Assembly: GCA_951406725.2 (NCBI GenBank)
Contig: OX597814.1
Coordinates: 162,192,001 to 162,256,000, forward strand
DNA: 64,000 bases
Reading direction: 5' to 3'
From: Octopus vulgaris
Lineage: Eukaryota
Below, in pieces: positions 1 to 14,115 of the stretch (within the stretch, counting starts at the first letter, position 1; each line of letters opens with the position of its first letter). The position numbers and the translations under genes were made by a program. The notes below the pieces were generated by a model. The model searched no databases. It saw nothing but the letters and a program-made list of their open reading frames with translations, and was not told the origin of the DNA.

Positions 1-233
1 TGTAACAGTAATTGTTACTTTTTAGTTTTCAGAATTAGTGTTAATATATATAATAAAATTTAATAATTACCAAAATTTACTCCTGAAACGAAAATGTACA
101 AATTAAGCTTAAAATTTTAATGTATGGTAAGAGTTTCTATTCACCCAAGTGTTGTGTCAATACAAATACAAATGCCAGCACTAGTTCTACCATCACACCA
201 TTGAGCTGTGCAGATGAAAAATTGCAAACTCAC

Positions 234-391
234 CTTCTCGTTTCATTCCCATAGCCAAACATTTCATATAACGACAATACTGACATCGATTTCTTTGCCG
301 TTTGTCAATGATACAGTTTCTGTCATCACGGCAAGCATAAGTAAGGTCTTTCCGCACAGTTCTCTTGAAGAACCCTTTACAGCCTTCACAA
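234..391 (-). CDS. RXR: RXR coding exon: remainder of DNA-binding domain (P-box, second zinc finger, start of T-box)
   Basis: Manual translation gives (S)[52 protein letters not shown](A). Acceptor ...tctctaatAG at 393-392; donor GTGAGT at 233-228. The 158-nt exon starts in phase 2, matching the upstream exon. The ORF track shows it only in the wrong frame. Confidence 0.97.
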
Positions 392-2779
392 CTATTAGAG
401 AGAAAATAAAATCAAAAATTAAATACATGATTCGACATTCTTTCAGATGAAAAATAATGAACATTTTAATTTCTATTAAAAGGCCATTGCAACACATTGC
501 AGGGATAAAGGAAACTGTTGAATGTTTTTCTTAATTAAACTTTAAAATATTTTTAAATACTATAAAGTTAACATGAAAAGTATTTCAGAACAAACCAAGG
601 TTAAATTTAAAATCTAGTTCCATAAATGCAATATATTGAGCACTGATATAATTTAATCCTTCCCCTCAAATTACATTGATGAATATTGTCAGCATTGAGT
701 TTAAAATTATTCCTAACATTAGTTTCCAATGCAAAAATATTACATAAAAATATTAAATCACAAAAGAAAAACAAATCTTTTCAATTTCTTACAAATCTGA
801 TACAAGATAATTTATCCATTATAGGAAAACACGCACAAACAAAAGTTGTCTATATTAAGCCAGTCACTCCAACCTTCTTCCATTCAATAGCTCATAATTA
901 TTCAATTGTAATCTTTGTATACCGTTATTGTTCCACATTTAGCTAAATGAAATCTGATAATAGTTTTTCTTTTCTCAAACAAAAACTGATTCAGAAGAGT
1001 TTATACAAAATAACCCAAATCAGAACACTGAACTTTACAAATGAGCTGACTCAAGGTACATGAAAGAGATGAGATACTGAACACATGAACGTTGCTTAAT
1101 CTTTTCTTGACGTCAGAAACTAAATATGATGATATAGTATCATATCAAGCCAAATGAAGTGATAAATTTCTACTCTTAATTTGTATTCCCCTCTCTATAA
1201 TTCAACTTTTATGCCATTCACTAATTTTATTCAATCAAATTTGTTTATCTGACAATAGTACTTTGTTTATGTTTGCAATATTACCAAATAAAATGTTAGC
1301 TCTTTCAGTCTATGATGTGTGCTTTCAAATTTGCTTTGTGATCTCACAGTGAACATGAATTTAGCTATCTTTCTAGTCAATGATTTAATTTTAAAAACTT
1401 TCTTTTGAAATCAATTGCAATTTCTATAAGGTCACCAATCTTCAAAACCATAAGACATGGATCTCTACAGAGAAATCGAATGTCTTCATATATATTGCTT
1501 GTTTCTGGTACTTTGTTCTCCATTTTCATATTCTATTCTTTATTGCAATACAGGTGGAGTTAGTTCAACTAATCAGTACAGGATAGATGTGTGAGAACTT
1601 TCAAAGCAGCCCCCCTCCCCCATATCTGTCTGCTTATGGACACTTTTCATATTTTTGAAACATCTCCACATTAGTTATTTTAATTGAAGTGACCTGTGTT
1701 AACAATGGTAAAACTAGTGTTGGCATTATAGGAGCATCAAAAAGTTAACTGGAAAAACAACATGCTAACATTCTCTTTATGACTCTTAAACTGCTTTCAG
1801 TTTTGTTTTCTCTAGTTTTACAGTCTAGTTGATTTTAATGTGTATTTATCCCAAGCTGTCAGTAAATAGACAAGTCTACAATGCATTTCAATGTTATTTC
1901 ATCTGATTTATAGAAAGCTTAATTTCTTTCCTTTATTTAACTTTGTTTTTGGTTCAGATACCTTACTTCTTAGCCCTTTCATGACCATATTTCCATTGAA
2001 ATACACTACATATTGCAATTAACTTTGAAAATAAATCAAGAATTCAGAAATTGTGCATTATGGAAACCAAGGCATTCTCAGACAGGTAGATATCAAAAAG
2101 GATAATATATGAAATTTAGCTCTCAAAGTTCATTCATATTGTTGGTGTCTGAAACTTAGTTATATGCATCCATTTCTATCAAGCAGAGTATCGACTTATT
2201 AATATATGAAGCCTCTATCTTTGTTCTGATAGATTATGCCTCTAAATCTATTAACACTATCATAATAACCTCATTTTCTTCATGCCCCAAATAATTAATC
2301 TATATTATTATAAAGAAGTGGAAATTTTTACTTATCTCCACAATTACCCATTACAACCTTTCAGATATTGCTGCATAGTACATGTTTAAAGTTATGTTTG
2401 GAGTGCTTTCTTAGGTGGTAGGAGCAGATTCATGTCAAAGAGTAATGACCTACTAAATGGCTTTCCACGTAACAGTGTCCATAGATGAAGGGAAACCTCA
2501 ATGAATGTCATGTACCAATGTCAGAAGATCTGCTGTACCACAAGGAACTTCACAGGAGAGACTCCACCCAACCCTGTATCCAGTGTCATGCACTGGTAAT
2601 GTCTGGCAAGAGAGATGTTTCCCTATCTATAAAAAACCTATCCTTCTCAGTTCTGAACACAGCTACTTAGGTAAGGTGGAAGTAGACAATTTCTACTGCA
2701 GCATTTGTAGGCTGTGTTTGGCTTCCTGTAGATGGTTTGTGATTGGCCCAGATCCTCTGTTACTATGACCACTGTACTC

Positions 2780-3880
2780 CTCTGCCTTTCTTCATTTAGG
2801 GCACACGAGTTGGTCTGTCCAGGAAGTGTTTCCACTTGGATGCATCATGGGTGTGTTTCTGATTGGCTCATCAGCTGTGATCGAGCCTTTGATTTCAGTT
2901 ATCGTGAAGAGTCAGAGACTGAAGGGGAGATGGAGTGGTCAACTTTTTTAATGAGCACCTACTTGCCAACATGTATCTGGTGCTCAGTGGCATGGTTCCA
3001 TTTATCAAACAGGTGAATCATGCTGGATGAGCTGATTCTACATTGCTCTTGTTGATTTCATGTGAGGCACCTTGGTTGATACTGTGCAACTTAACAAGCT
3101 TTCTGTCGGGCTGACACCTGTTGTACTGTGTAGAGTTACACAGTATTTCAGCAGAATGTTGCGGACCGCATGTCTGGGGGCCCTGTCTATCAATGTAAGT
3201 AGTGTGGGTTACTTTGCCCAACACCCACAAAAGTTTTGGCAAATCCATTGCTGTCAAAGTGCTCTGGCTCAATGTACAAAACTTTGCTGTTTGGCATATT
3301 TCTGAAATTCCTGACTGGAAGGGAGGTTCATTTTTGCCTTTTATCACTTCTGGAATACTATGGGTGCATTACATTCTATGAAGCTTTGGAATCAAGTGGT
3401 CCACCTATGTTGTTATGACAATTTCCACTTCAGGGAAACGGCTGTACTTATCAGGGGAAAAAAAAGGAACTTTCTTCCAATAAATCCTTCAAAGTCCATG
3501 CACAAATTCTGCCATGGCCTTTCTGGAAGGCAGCTTGGTTTCAATGGATCATGGTGATGCTTTAAGACTTTATGGTTAGAAAAGCTTTACAGCTCGACAA
3601 ATTCTTTTGCCACTTTGTCCATATTGGGAAACAAGACTTTGCTTTGCAGGTATTGCTTTGATTTTGTCAGTCCTTGGTGCCCTTCATGGGCAAGTACAAT
3701 AACATCAGCTTGTATCATCTTAAGGATAACAAGATGAGTGCCCCTGAAAGCTAGTGATTTGTGAATAAATGTGTCTAAAAGGTTGTACTGCCAGGGTACA
3801 CTTCAATATGTCAACTTTAAGCATAGCTAGGGTGTTATCATTGTTGGTTTCCCTTTTCAACATTGATAGGTGTATCCATC
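2780..3880 (-). mobile_element. Degenerate Ty3/Gypsy LTR-retrotransposon pol fragment (integrase zinc-binding, core and C-terminus)
   Basis: Across frameshifts and stops the minus strand reads VLAHEGHQGLTKSKQYLQSKVLFPNMDKVAKEFVE, PLKPSCLPERPWQNLCMDF, DKYSRFPEVEIV, IPEVIKGKNEPPFQS (decayed SDNGPPF), VGK*VLIKK and THDASKWK. No LTRs recognised. Confidence 0.85.
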
Positions 3881-6694
3881 CAGAAAGTCAATTTCTGTAT
3901 AGCATTAGTAGGCTCTGCTTTCAAAGGGTTAACTATCAGATTTCTATAAACTTTTGCTAAATTTTAGACGTTGCTTTTTCAACTTAACTTTTATCTGTTC
4001 TCAGAAATTACATAGATGATATTTATGAATTAATGAGGATGTAACTCTCAACTTAGCTACATAAGTGGTTAACACTTCAAGCAGCTTTTAAAAGACCAGA
4101 AAATAGACAATTGAGGTTAATCAGCTGCACAATGTTATTTTGTAGTAAACATTTCAGAAATCAAATTGATAAATAATTAGGGAAGGAAAAAAAAGACAAC
4201 TATCTTTCAACTGCACATACAGCCTTTCAACATTAACTTAAATCATTTTTTTTTTCTTTCAGCTAATTCTTGAGACAGATTATCTTTGTTTTTATTTAAA
4301 TTTTCAATAATTCAGTATTCCAATATACAGAAACATTGGTACAATCTACATGAATGTCTAAAATAAATACTTGTTTTCACAAATGAGAGTACAGCCTAAG
4401 AAATGAAATAACTCAAACGAGAAATCAAGTTCTAGGTTGCTCACAGGGAGCTTATCTGCACTGAATGTCAATCCAAGCTAGCAGGAGCAGATTTGGAATG
4501 CCTTTAAGAATAACAGGATCATACTCTCTCTAAATTATTCTGATATACATTATCAATACACCACAAAAATAGACACACAAAATTAACTCGTACTTGATAA
4601 AAACATCAAATAAAATGCTTTTGAGACAAATCATATGACATTTCAATCTTTCCAAGGAACATTAGCTACATAAATAAAGTTGTTCCAAAACTGAATAAAA
4701 AGATATCAGTTCTATGAATTTGCTACTCATTAATAATACTAATGCAGGTAAAATGAATAAACTGACAAATGTTACACATCAGATCAGCTGTCAATTGTAC
4801 CAAAATTAGATTTTTTAAAAAAAATTTCTTACTGGCAACCTTTAATTATGATCAATATTGAGAAGCCTGAATGCTCAGAATAAAAAAATATTTCCACTAG
4901 ATATTTTGCAAAACAATACATAGAAAATAAAGACAAAATTACAATTCCCTGATACTATAGAGAAACTGGAGACAATTTAGATTACTAGTATATGCACTAT
5001 CTCAGTTGGTTTTTAATTAGTTCCAGACTAGAATGGAAATAAAAACAGCTTACCACTAGTGATATATAAAATAGGCTATGTACATTGAGTACTATACTAT
5101 CTACCGAAAAAGACCACAGAAATTTGTTTTTACACATTCCATTTTCCATACTGGAATATATAGATGCTTGAGGATAATCTAAAAACAACAAAAAAAAGCC
5201 CAAGCAGGCAAAGTGGGGATCTCCGAAGTTAACTTTCATGTATTAAAACTATCTATCAAAATTCTCTTTAAATAATAATTGAAATCAGGGGAAAATAGAA
5301 AAAAAAATGTAAAATTAACAGAAAAAAAAAATTCCAAGTGCAAAACAAAATTTACATTGAATGTTATATTGCAAATCATACCACCAACTCATTACATATT
5401 TCTAAAAGCTTAATCTAGAAACTGAAAAACAGTTATTTTTTTTTTAAATGTTACAAAGAAAATGTAAAATAAAATAATGGATTGTTTTACATGCCAAAAT
5501 TAAATATTCTCTTTGCCATTTGATATAATTCCCAAAAAGGATATTGCTGATTAACTACTAACCAAACTAATCAGTCATTTAATTTCCCACTACCTTGGAA
5601 ATAGCCCCATCTCATTCACATTGCATTCATTTTAGTAACCTACTTTAGCTACTAGCTCAGTCAAAACTGCAGTGAATAGCTTTTTGTGTTTTTGTACAGT
5701 AAGAATTTAGTTGGCTCCACATCACCAAAGCTATCTAACAAAAAGAAGAATTTCATCTGAAAATCAACCTCATTACAATAATTGTAAACAATTTCCTTTG
5801 CAATAATTTTAGCATATTTAATATCTTTAAAAAATACTTCCTCGTACAAATAACAAATGCAATTTATACTGATTAGCTGTTCAATAATAAAAAGTCTTTG
5901 TTCATATACCAACAATTGTTTCAGCTATTTTCATATTTGTGCAAGGAGTAAATAAATATGACTATTTTCTAGCTATCTGAAAATGCATTCCATTTTATTA
6001 TAATGATACACAGCCCAAACATATGGTGTAGTAGGGGATACACCAGCAGAATACAATTAATCTGTTCATACATTGCAAACTAAAGCACCTTCCCACAATC
6101 AGTTATGGAACAATTGAACAACTCATTCTTATTAACAGTTACAACAGGAAGAATCACATAATGTACACATCAATCAACACACTGCTTTAGGCAAGCTATT
6201 CAAATCAATTCAATTTTTATGTTGATTTCCCTGACATTTCAGTAATCATCTCCACTGACTGCTACCATTTAACATTTTACATTGATATATATATATATAT
6301 TTGTTTCTTAGTACTGATTAAGAGAGAGCAAGCTAAATGTGATTTTTACTGATCAAGAAGAGCTCTTGAAAAAGAATCACTTGAAAATAAAAGGCTTATT
6401 CGAAGCAGACTGCTATAACTTATCTCTCAATACTAAACTATCAGTTAATAGACCTTATTTAATGAGACATGTTAGGTTAAGTGGCTTTAGTTATCTTAAA
6501 ATAGTCAAGAGATTTATCCTACATTAAGAAATAAAAACAAAACAGAAAAATGTTACTGAGATGAAAAGGTCAGTAGGTAAGAAAACTCTGTATGGAGCCA
6601 ATCCAGCCATATACTCAGTTGCATGCTACTACACTCAAAACATCTAATTCAACACGCTTTTCACACCAGTAAAACTATTGACAAGTAAATTGTA

Positions 6695-6729
<35 letters not shown>

Positions 6730-7344
6730 CATACATGCATGCATGAGTGATAAAGGGAAGAAGGTTGAGCTCACAGTAGTAGGTACATCACACCCTTTAT
6801 GCATATTTCAGCATCTGACTCATACACAAGATAACATATTGCTTTCCCTAAATATTATTCACAACACAGTTTACAGTTGCAATAAAATAATAATAATAAC
6901 TAACTCTTAACTTAAATAATCCCTGACGAACAGTCAAGCAAAGTCCTGGAACCAAAGACATCACAGCAACTGGGTTTCTATGATCTATGCCCACAACAGA
7001 TTAACGGCTCCTTTTAAATTTATGAAGCAGCTAATAAGCATGAGAATTAGAGTCAGCCAATACAGAACCACCTACATTGAAGGTTTGTAAGACTGAGCAT
7101 CACAGACACATTTGATTTACAGCAGAATCAAACTCAGCTTAAGCAATTGTTTTTGTGTGACATCACCATATTCGTTTTCAACATCAATATTCATATAGAC
7201 TGAGCAGTAACATGAGTACCCCACTTTACATGTTTAATTATTTGGTGGGTTGTTTGCATGTACAAATGCCAAATCCAGGGCAAGCTATGGTGGATAAGCT
7301 AAATAACTTTCCCCGTCCATTTTTGGTGTAAAAATCTATGACAG

Positions 7345-7922
7345 AGTTTAAAGCAGATTTTCTAAAGATGGATGCCTATCCTGTCACCCACTTCAAAGCA
7401 AGGTAATATTTTCCCATGACCAGACATGTTTCTGCAGAATATTGGAAATGAACAATACTGTTTGTGTGGCAGTGACAATCATTTACAACTATCATGCATC
7501 AAAACAAGGACACACACACACACACACACACATCCATGACTCTTGCACTTTTTCTCGTTCTTTTCACCTTTCTTATTTCTTTCTACTCCCACTTTTCTCT
7601 TTTTGTCGCCACCATTTATACCTACACCGACATTCACACCCTCTCACCATGCCTGACCTCCACTCCTTCCATCATCCCTTCGCCGTTTTCTTGCCTTTTT
7701 TCCCCCCCAACAATGCTTGCACCTTCTCTTGCACTCTCCTGTCTTTGAAAGAAATTTTTCTTCACCCATTCCCTTCCGGTCATTCCAATATGTGACCGCG
7801 TGTGTATCGGTGATTTTCTCTGCTCGAAAAACGTTAAATCCTTCTTTCTTTCCTTTCCTGGGTGTCCAATAACACTATACTTGTTTCATGTCCTCGTGTT
7901 TTCTCTTTGCTCATGTTTGGAT

Positions 7923-7994
<72 letters not shown>

Positions 7995-8160
7995 TACATA
8001 CAATAGGCTTTTATAAGTTTCTATTTATTGAATCTATTCACAAGGCTCTGATCAATCTTGGGTTATAGAAGACATGAGCCCTGGTACCACACAGTGGATT
8101 TGAACCTAGAACCATATGGTTGTGAAGCAAACTTCTTACTATACAGCCACACCTGTGCCT
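7345..8160 (-). mobile_element. tRNA-type SINE interrupted at its internal microsatellite by a Penelope-like fragment
   Basis: Head (about 8000-8160) and tail (about 7345-7510) match other copies in the window, e.g. 9955-10410 and 43850-44290. Confidence 0.65.
7535..7927 (+). mobile_element. Penelope-like element terminal fragment
   Basis: The 3' part (gctcgaaaaacgttaaatcc...gtccaataacactatacttgtttcatgtcctcg...tttggattaac then (TA)n) matches the reverse complement of 57597-57720. The hammerhead core is deleted in this copy. Confidence 0.6.
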
Positions 8161-9954
8161 CATTGTATTTGGATTTATGAAATGGACACAAGATCATATT
8201 TTGAGGGAAGAATAAAGGATACAGCCGTCTTGATTTCAACTTGACTAAGATACTCAAAGTTTCATCATGAAGTTCCAATGGACACATCATAGCATAATTA
8301 AGAAATTAAATCACTTAAGAAAATTACTCAAATGCTACTTGCATGACAAACTGCTAAGTTATTGACATGTGTAATGCAACAAACATTAAAAAGTTAACTA
8401 AAAATAATAATGTGAGAAAACAAACTAGATTAACTCAGCAAGAAAGATGAGCCTTATGAAGGACCAAGCTATGTGGTGCATTGCTGTACTCAAGAGGACC
8501 TGCCCACTAAAACAGAACTGATATGCTAAAACCAAGATGCCACATGAAAAGCACTGGTGGCAGGAAACCAATGCCAAGAAATCAATATCTTATAAATATA
8601 TGTGGAAACAACTGTAATCAGCTTACCTGCTTTCAATCTATCTTGGCAGGTGAAAATTACATGAGTAAAAACCCCATTTACAATATATGTCAACAATTAT
8701 ATCACATTGGCAAATTTCATTTAAATTCATGAAAATGGTTATATTTTTATGGTTTATATCCTGGACTAATTGCATTTCATCAAAATCCTTAGTTTCTAAC
8801 AGGACTAGATTAAATAGGGAAAGCACTACAGGACTTTGAGGGTTAATGCATAGTTTGACCTTGTGAATTAGGGCAGCAAAAACCATTTCAAATTTGAAGT
8901 TTAAAAAATGCAATGCTTATGCTTAGCATCACGTTACACTCACATTTTCAGTCATGAGTGTTCAACAAGAGCAGTAAAAAGAAACATTCATATGACCTTA
9001 TTTATAAGATTGTGTTCTTGTTACCTACTTTTCATCCCACACAATTCAATGTAATAGTTAAAACAATGTGGCAGTGCTTGAATCTATGATCTTTAGATAG
9101 CCCAGAAATTTAACCACTTCAGTACCATATCTAATTCAGAACTGATGCAGAGAGCAGCTGGTTAAATATTCAACTCTCTTTCCAAAAGACCCTTCAAATT
9201 CTCTAACACCTAACTACTCAATAATAACCAGCTCATAGTGTTCCTTTTCAAATGAAAAGTGGTTCTCTATGCCATGTTGAAGACAATTCAAAAGATTCAT
9301 AGACCCAGATTAAATCAAATGTAAAGATGGCTCTTCAGCTTAGAATTCTTTCAACTCAAAAACACTCAGATATTGTACACAATGTCAAATGTTGTTTAGT
9401 TAAAAATATGAAAATAATTTCATTTCTGAATTCATAACTGCTTCTTACATTTAAACTTCAATAGATTACTCGGGCATTAATATTTTTGATGTTTGCAACA
9501 TAGAAATAGAGAAAGATAACAAAAAAAAAAAAAAAGAAGCTTGATTTGAATGTAAACAGACTGATAGACAACTTGACAGCTGATATTTCTAGGTTTTTAA
9601 ATCCTACAAAGTTCTAAATGATAATTATGAAATCAATTTCCAAGATATACTTGTTCAAATGTTTGTTTGAACAAGTATATTTGGGAAATTGATTTCAAGC
9701 TTTGTAGTATGGATTTAATCAAAATGTGAGGCATAATGTGATAAAGAAAAAACATTGTATGAGTGATGGGAATTACTCCAGCATTGAGTCTTAATACATA
9801 CTGGATTAAAGATTATATTTCACATAGTTCTTAATGTCTACTGGGCAGAAGAACATCCAGCCACAGAAACCATGCCAATTCAGACTGGAGTCTGGTGCAG
9901 CTTCCCAGCTCGCGTCAAACTATCCAGGATGCACAAAATACACACATACAAAAT

Positions 9955-10410
9955 CATATTTCCATCCACTTTCCATGCTTGCATGAAACAGATGGAATTT
10001 GTTGAAGTAAGTTTTCCATGGCCTGTTGCCATTCCTGTCACCAACCCTCACCTGTTTCCAAGCAAAGCAATAATTCCCTAGTCTATCAAACAACAAAACA
10101 GATCAGATATAGTTACAAGCCTCCTTTGGTTACAAAGACCACATAACATATCAAGAAGCCTGAAAGAGCCTTTGTGGTTGGCTGGAAGTATACAACACTG
10201 CTTGTATTTGGTAGTGAGACTGCTGTTTTGTTTACAAGCATTAAACACAAAGACAAAGATATCATACACATACACACATAGACAAGCTTCAGTTTCTGCC
10301 AATCCATTTCATTCACGAAGTACTGGACAACTCATGTCTATATGACAAAATGAGATCCAACCTCTAGCCATGTGGTTCCAAAGTAAACTTCTTAACTATA
10401 CAGCCGTGCT
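9955..10410 (-). mobile_element. Degenerate SINE copy
   Basis: Shares tccactttccatgcttgcatg...aaccctcacctgtttccaag and the head aaacttcttaac..cagcc with the copies at 43850-44290 and 48245-48505. Confidence 0.6.
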
Positions 10411-11543
10411 TGCACACATGTGCACACATACACATGTAATTATGTGTTTGTGTGTATGAGAGTAAACATTAAAATATAATCCTAACTTTAAACTGAATTT
10501 TTTCCTCTTCAGATTATCCTGTTCAGGAACTTCTTTATAGCTGGTTATTGTCTTAGATTTTCCCTAACCTTGGTTTAGTAGGGAACAGTTATTATATTTA
10601 AAACTCAGATAAGACTTAAAATAAGCAAAGCAATAGTTTAGCTCTCTTTCTTCCAAATTAGCAGAAACATTTTAGAGAGAACCTACAAGCAGTCTGCACA
10701 CTGTCCACACCTTTATTTTTCAGCTGTTGTTTTTAATTTTAGCCATTTTCATTTTCCGGGGGGGGTTTTTTTGGTCCTAAGGTTCCACCTTTTTTTGTAC
10801 CAGTCTCAAATGGCTGTATTTTGTCGATAGTGACAGTTAAATTAGAGCTTCACCCTCGCGATTATCTTCAGTTATTTTAAGAGCATTGGAACAAATGACA
10901 CTTTACACATTTGGTGTCTTCCTTAAGCACAAGTATACCTTGTCCTTTCTGAGCCTCTACAGAAACTGTAGAATATTCATTTTTGTTTCTGTTTGGACCC
11001 GAGATTCACCAGCAAGAATGTAGGAACAGATGAATCTGTTCTACTTTCTTTCACTCTAAGCCATCAAGTCATGGAATTCATAGCTCTATCTGCCATCAGA
11101 CTGTTGGATGAAGAACATTCAGCCAAATTCCATATCGTCAAGAAATAGCATATTTCCTTCACCAGCTGATTTCATTTAATTTTTTTGAAAACATTGTTTT
11201 TAATGATCTATACTAAAATAAAATCTACTTCGTTGGCATCCATCAGTCTAGTCAACCTTGACAAAGAAATTATTTGCCTGTTTAACTATCTTAAAATAAT
11301 AAGAAATGGTGAGATAGAAATGGGAACAGAGAAAGAGAGAGACAGTAAAAGAAGGATTAAAGAGACAAGTGTGTTTGGAAGATTAATATATTTTTAAGAG
11401 AAAGAACAGGATACAAATTCCATTCATAATGTACAGGTCAATCTCACAATACAGCTGAAGACACACACAAAATGATAAATTTAAGACCACAAAATAAACT
11501 ACATATTCACATAACATGCTTGCATCTGCCTATTTTATATATA

Positions 11544-11814
11544 TCTTTATATATAAAAGTCAAGTTGTGTGTCTGTCTCCTACGATTTAGATTCCTAATT
11601 ACTCCCACATTTTGCGGTGCAGTTTAACCAAAACCGGGTATCTTATAGTCGTGATTCATATCGAGCCCTTCTGGGTATTAGCGCGCGTCTACGATTTAAA
11701 AAAATTTACTATCATTTTTTTCCCATTTTTAATGCATTTTTTTGCTATAACTCTAAAAACGCTTACATAGTTATTTCCCTTACAAACCTGAGCAATGCCG
11801 GGCGATACCGCTAG
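11544..11814 (+). mobile_element. Non-autonomous Helitron
   Basis: 5' TC (TCTTTATATATAAAA) follows an A. The 3' end has a GC-rich subterminal hairpin cctgagcaatgccggg and then CTAG followed by T. No target-site duplication. Confidence 0.8.
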
Positions 11815-12343
11815 TATATGTATGTATATATATATATATATACATACACACATACATATATGCTTTATGTGTGTGTGTGTATATATACACATACACACAG
11901 GTAGGTATGATGGGGTGAAGGCACATAGCCTGGAGGTTAGTGTATTAAGATTACCATTGTAAGATTGAGTGCCTGACTTCCACATTAGGTGGTGTTTTAT
12001 GTCCATGAGCAAGGCACATATTTTATGTTACTTCATTCTACTTAACTGAAATGTCAACCATTAGTAGCTGTGACCTTACCCTTGCAATGTGTTGGCATTC
12101 CGTGCAGGAGAAGAGCTTGAACCCTCAGTTGCTTCCATAACCCAGAAAGTGGAATAAGCTCTGGTCAAATGAACCAGTGGGCTAGTAAAAGATTCAAGTG
12201 AGTGTGTGTATACACATACAGTGTACACTAAAGAAAGAAGCTAAACATAAGCAGCAATTTTAAAAGAGAAACTTGCTTACTGATGTGCTCACCAGGTAAC
12301 AGTTTCTAATTTTACTGTGTGACACTCACTATCTCAAGTAAGT

Positions 12344-12377
<34 letters not shown>

Positions 12378-12380
<3 letters not shown>

Positions 12381-12658
12381 GAGGCACAATGGCCCAGTGG
12401 TCGTAGGATTGCGGTTTCAATTCCCAGAACGGGCATTGTGAGTGTTTATTGAGCGAAAACATCAAAAGCTCCACATGGCTCTGGCAGGGGGTGGTGGCGA
12501 TCCCTACTGTACTCTTTCGCCGCAACTGTCTCTCACTCTTTCTTGTTGACCTGCTCGCTTAGCCAGCGGGGTGGTGTCATTTGAAGACTAAAACAATGCA
12601 AAGCGCATTGTGACCAGCGATGTGTAGTAACATTTTATATAGCCTGGTCGGTCACATG
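12378..12658 (+). mobile_element. tRNA-derived SINE inserted in (TA)n
   Basis: Head has A-box-like tggcccagtgg and B-box-like ggtttcaattccc. The GC-rich body is flanked on both sides by (TA)n. Confidence 0.65.
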
Positions 12659-12992
12659 ATATATATATATTTATATATATAAAACAGTTTTATTGATTTC
12701 TTTAATCTATATAAACATTTGTGTACAGCTAGTAAGCCATGACAAGGAAGGATGTACTGTACCCCTTATATAAGAAACAAACAAAAAAGAAAAAGATGTA
12801 GAGAATAGTTAAATTTTTTTGAAGCTTCCATGAATTGGAAACTTTTACATTGGAGTAAATTACACTATGGTTTAAGTAGTCTCCACAAGAGTATAAAACG
12901 GTGATTCCATACAATAATACAAAAATGTACAAGAGAAATTTTAAAGATTCCAATGAAACTATATAAAAAAAAACAATAAAAGTGATTACTTA

Positions 12993-13439
<447 letters not shown>

Positions 13440-13911
13440 TCAAATTAACTTCACACCAGGGATTTTTTCTTTTTTTAACAAGGTTACACAAAACTCTAAT
13501 TTTACAACATACCTACCTTGGACAAGTCCCTCACTGTTATCAATTTTATGTAAATATTCTGTGTAACATTAAACTCAAGTTATGACAAAGTTATAACCAA
13601 AATACATATAGGGTATAGCATGGACCATGAAGTCAAAAATAAGATGGTTATGATGTTTGTAAGGGAATTAGAAATGTAGAGAGGAACATATAAAATAAAT
13701 GAATAAGAATGATTAATTAAAAGTGAATGCAAACTAAGAGTCTCACATTAGAAATTAAACAATGAGAACTTCAAAAAATATCAGGTTACACTTGAAAACA
13801 TGAACAGACGTTATTTTGCTGAATCTTCCAACTCGAACAAGAGCCAAAAAATATAAGTCAACAAAGGAATGCATGGCAGCTCAACTTGCATAAGAGAAAA
13901 ATCTCCCTTAA

Positions 13912-14115
13912 CCCTTTAGCATTCAGATTATTTATTCAAAAGTAATGTTTATTTATTCACACTGTTTTGAATTAAGCATGAATTATCTTGTAGATTCCAG
14001 ATTTCGATGATGTGACTTTATTTTTACAATTACAGTAGTGTAGGTGTGACAGACCAGCTCAACTTGGTTTCAAAATAAAACAGGTAGAATATTTCAGCCT
14101 AGTATGGCCAAAGGG
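13912..14115 (+). mobile_element. piggyBac-type MITE, family 1
   Basis: TTAA|CCCTTTAGCATTC...AAAGGG|TTAA; body shared with the copies at 16658, about 55385, 56561 and 59262. Confidence 0.8.

Noticed and set aside
1-233. Search for the T-box microexon known from some molluscan RXR splice variants
   Set aside because: No convincing acceptor/donor pair in the 233 nt available; it would lie beyond the window edge if present.
208-497. ORFs 208-450 (+) and 264-497 (-)
   Set aside because: Antisense and off-frame shadows of the real RXR DBD exon.
3018-3347. 109-aa ORF as an intact or domesticated integrase
   Set aside because: The flanking integrase sequence has multiple stops and frameshifts, and the catalytic SDNG motif has decayed to GKNE.
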